This document shows, piece by piece, positions 63,401-64,000 of a DNA stretch of 64,000 bases (position 1 is its first letter; every line of letters begins with the position of its first letter). The notes under the pieces were generated by a model that was given only the letters and a program-made list of their open reading frames with translations, was not told where the DNA came from and did not search any database. The translations under genes and the position numbers were made by a program. Origin of the DNA: an uncultured Oscillospiraceae bacterium (lineage in GTDB: Bacteria; Bacillota; Clostridia; Oscillospirales; Ruminococcaceae); contig CAJUSD010000001.1 in assembly GCA_910589145.1 (NCBI GenBank), positions 144,184 through 208,183 of the forward strand, read 5' to 3'.

Positions 63401-64000
63401 ATGGCGTTAGACGGCGCATTTTTATCCCGTCTGATACAGGAAATTTCCGTTGATGCCCTTGGAGCAAAGGTAGACCGTATTTTCCAGCCAGGACGGGAAG
63501 AAATCCTCTTTGTCCTCCGCTGGAAGGGCGGTTCAGGAAAGCTTTTGCTTTCCGCAAACGCGGATACAGCCCGGCTGCAATTTACCAATGCGGCCTTTGA
63601 AAACCCCAAAAGCCCTCCTATGTTCTGTATGTTCCTTCGAAAGTATCTTGGCAGCGCCCGGCTGGTAGAAATCCGCCAAATTGGTTTGGACCGCATTGTT
63701 CACCTAATTTTTGAGGCGCTGAATGAATTGGGAGATATGATAAAAATAACAGTTGCAGTGGAAATTATGGGCCGCCACAGCAACATTATCATAATAGATC
63801 AAAACAACAAAATCATGGAATCCATCAAACACGTTGATGAAGAAATGTCCTCTGTCCGCCAGGTGCTTCCGGGAATGAGCTACACACTCCCGCCAAGGCA
63901 GAACAAGCTTGACCCCCGCACTGCATCACCGGAGGACATTATCGCCAGGATTGACAGCGGGCGCGATGTAGAGCTTTCCAAAGCACTGATGGATTCCGTC
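63401..64000 (+). CDS. rqcH: RqcH / FbpA-type NFACT ribosome quality-control protein, N-terminal part (truncated by the window end)
   Basis: Has MALDGAFLSRLIQEI...KVDRIFQPGREEI...FCMFLRKYL...VEIMGRHSNIIIID. RBS is gaggtg. Confidence 0.8.
   Translation, partial: MALDGAFLSRLIQEISVDALGAKVDRIFQPGREEILFVLRWKGGSGKLLLSANADTARLQFTNAAFENPKSPPMFCMFLRKYLGSARLVEIRQIGLDRIVHLIFEALNELGDMIKITVAVEIMGRHSNIIIIDQNNKIMESIKHVDEEMSSVRQVLPGMSYTLPPRQNKLDPRTASPEDIIARIDSGRDVELSKALMDSV

Overview
This window looks like a chromosomal segment of an anaerobic Firmicute. The gene content is Clostridia-type: an NfnAB-like pair, the TIGR03960/TIGR03936 radical-SAM pair, a TrmK-Nif3-RqcH neighbourhood, an Rpn nuclease and ECF-type membrane parts. 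I can support 63 protein-coding genes, two of them cut by the window edges. I found no rRNA, tRNA or CRISPR array. Most genes are ordinary metabolism, transport and regulation: YebC, LuxS, a GH127 arabinofuranosidase, a CadC/HMA/CadA metal-efflux operon, an NSS transporter, MetY with an Rrf2 regulator, a two-component system with an ABC-2 module, a MoxR-DUF58-DUF4129 operon, an MCP, and DUF368 with a flippase. The feature that gene calls do not explain is a dense population of non-coding, highly palindromic intergenic repeats, in two superfamilies. Family A consists of TIR hairpin elements of about 160 bp, with 5 copies; two copies 37 kb apart differ at only 3 of 161 positions. Family B/D is mosaic, with elements of 200-430 bp at 6 loci that share terminal and internal motifs. 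Most copies sit within 0-25 nt of CDS 3' ends. Other candidates for uncharacterised biology are: a visibly AT-rich islet encoding a Sec-secreted C39-like cysteine peptidase plus a 436-aa lipoprotein; an ABC-2 exporter operon translationally coupled to a dNK-like P-loop kinase; a fused double-DUF1538 membrane protein with a tandem P-II protein; a TrmK-GNAT fusion; and an Rpn nuclease islet. I cannot point to one decisive novel system. All functional calls rest on motif and family recognition by eye, without database searches.
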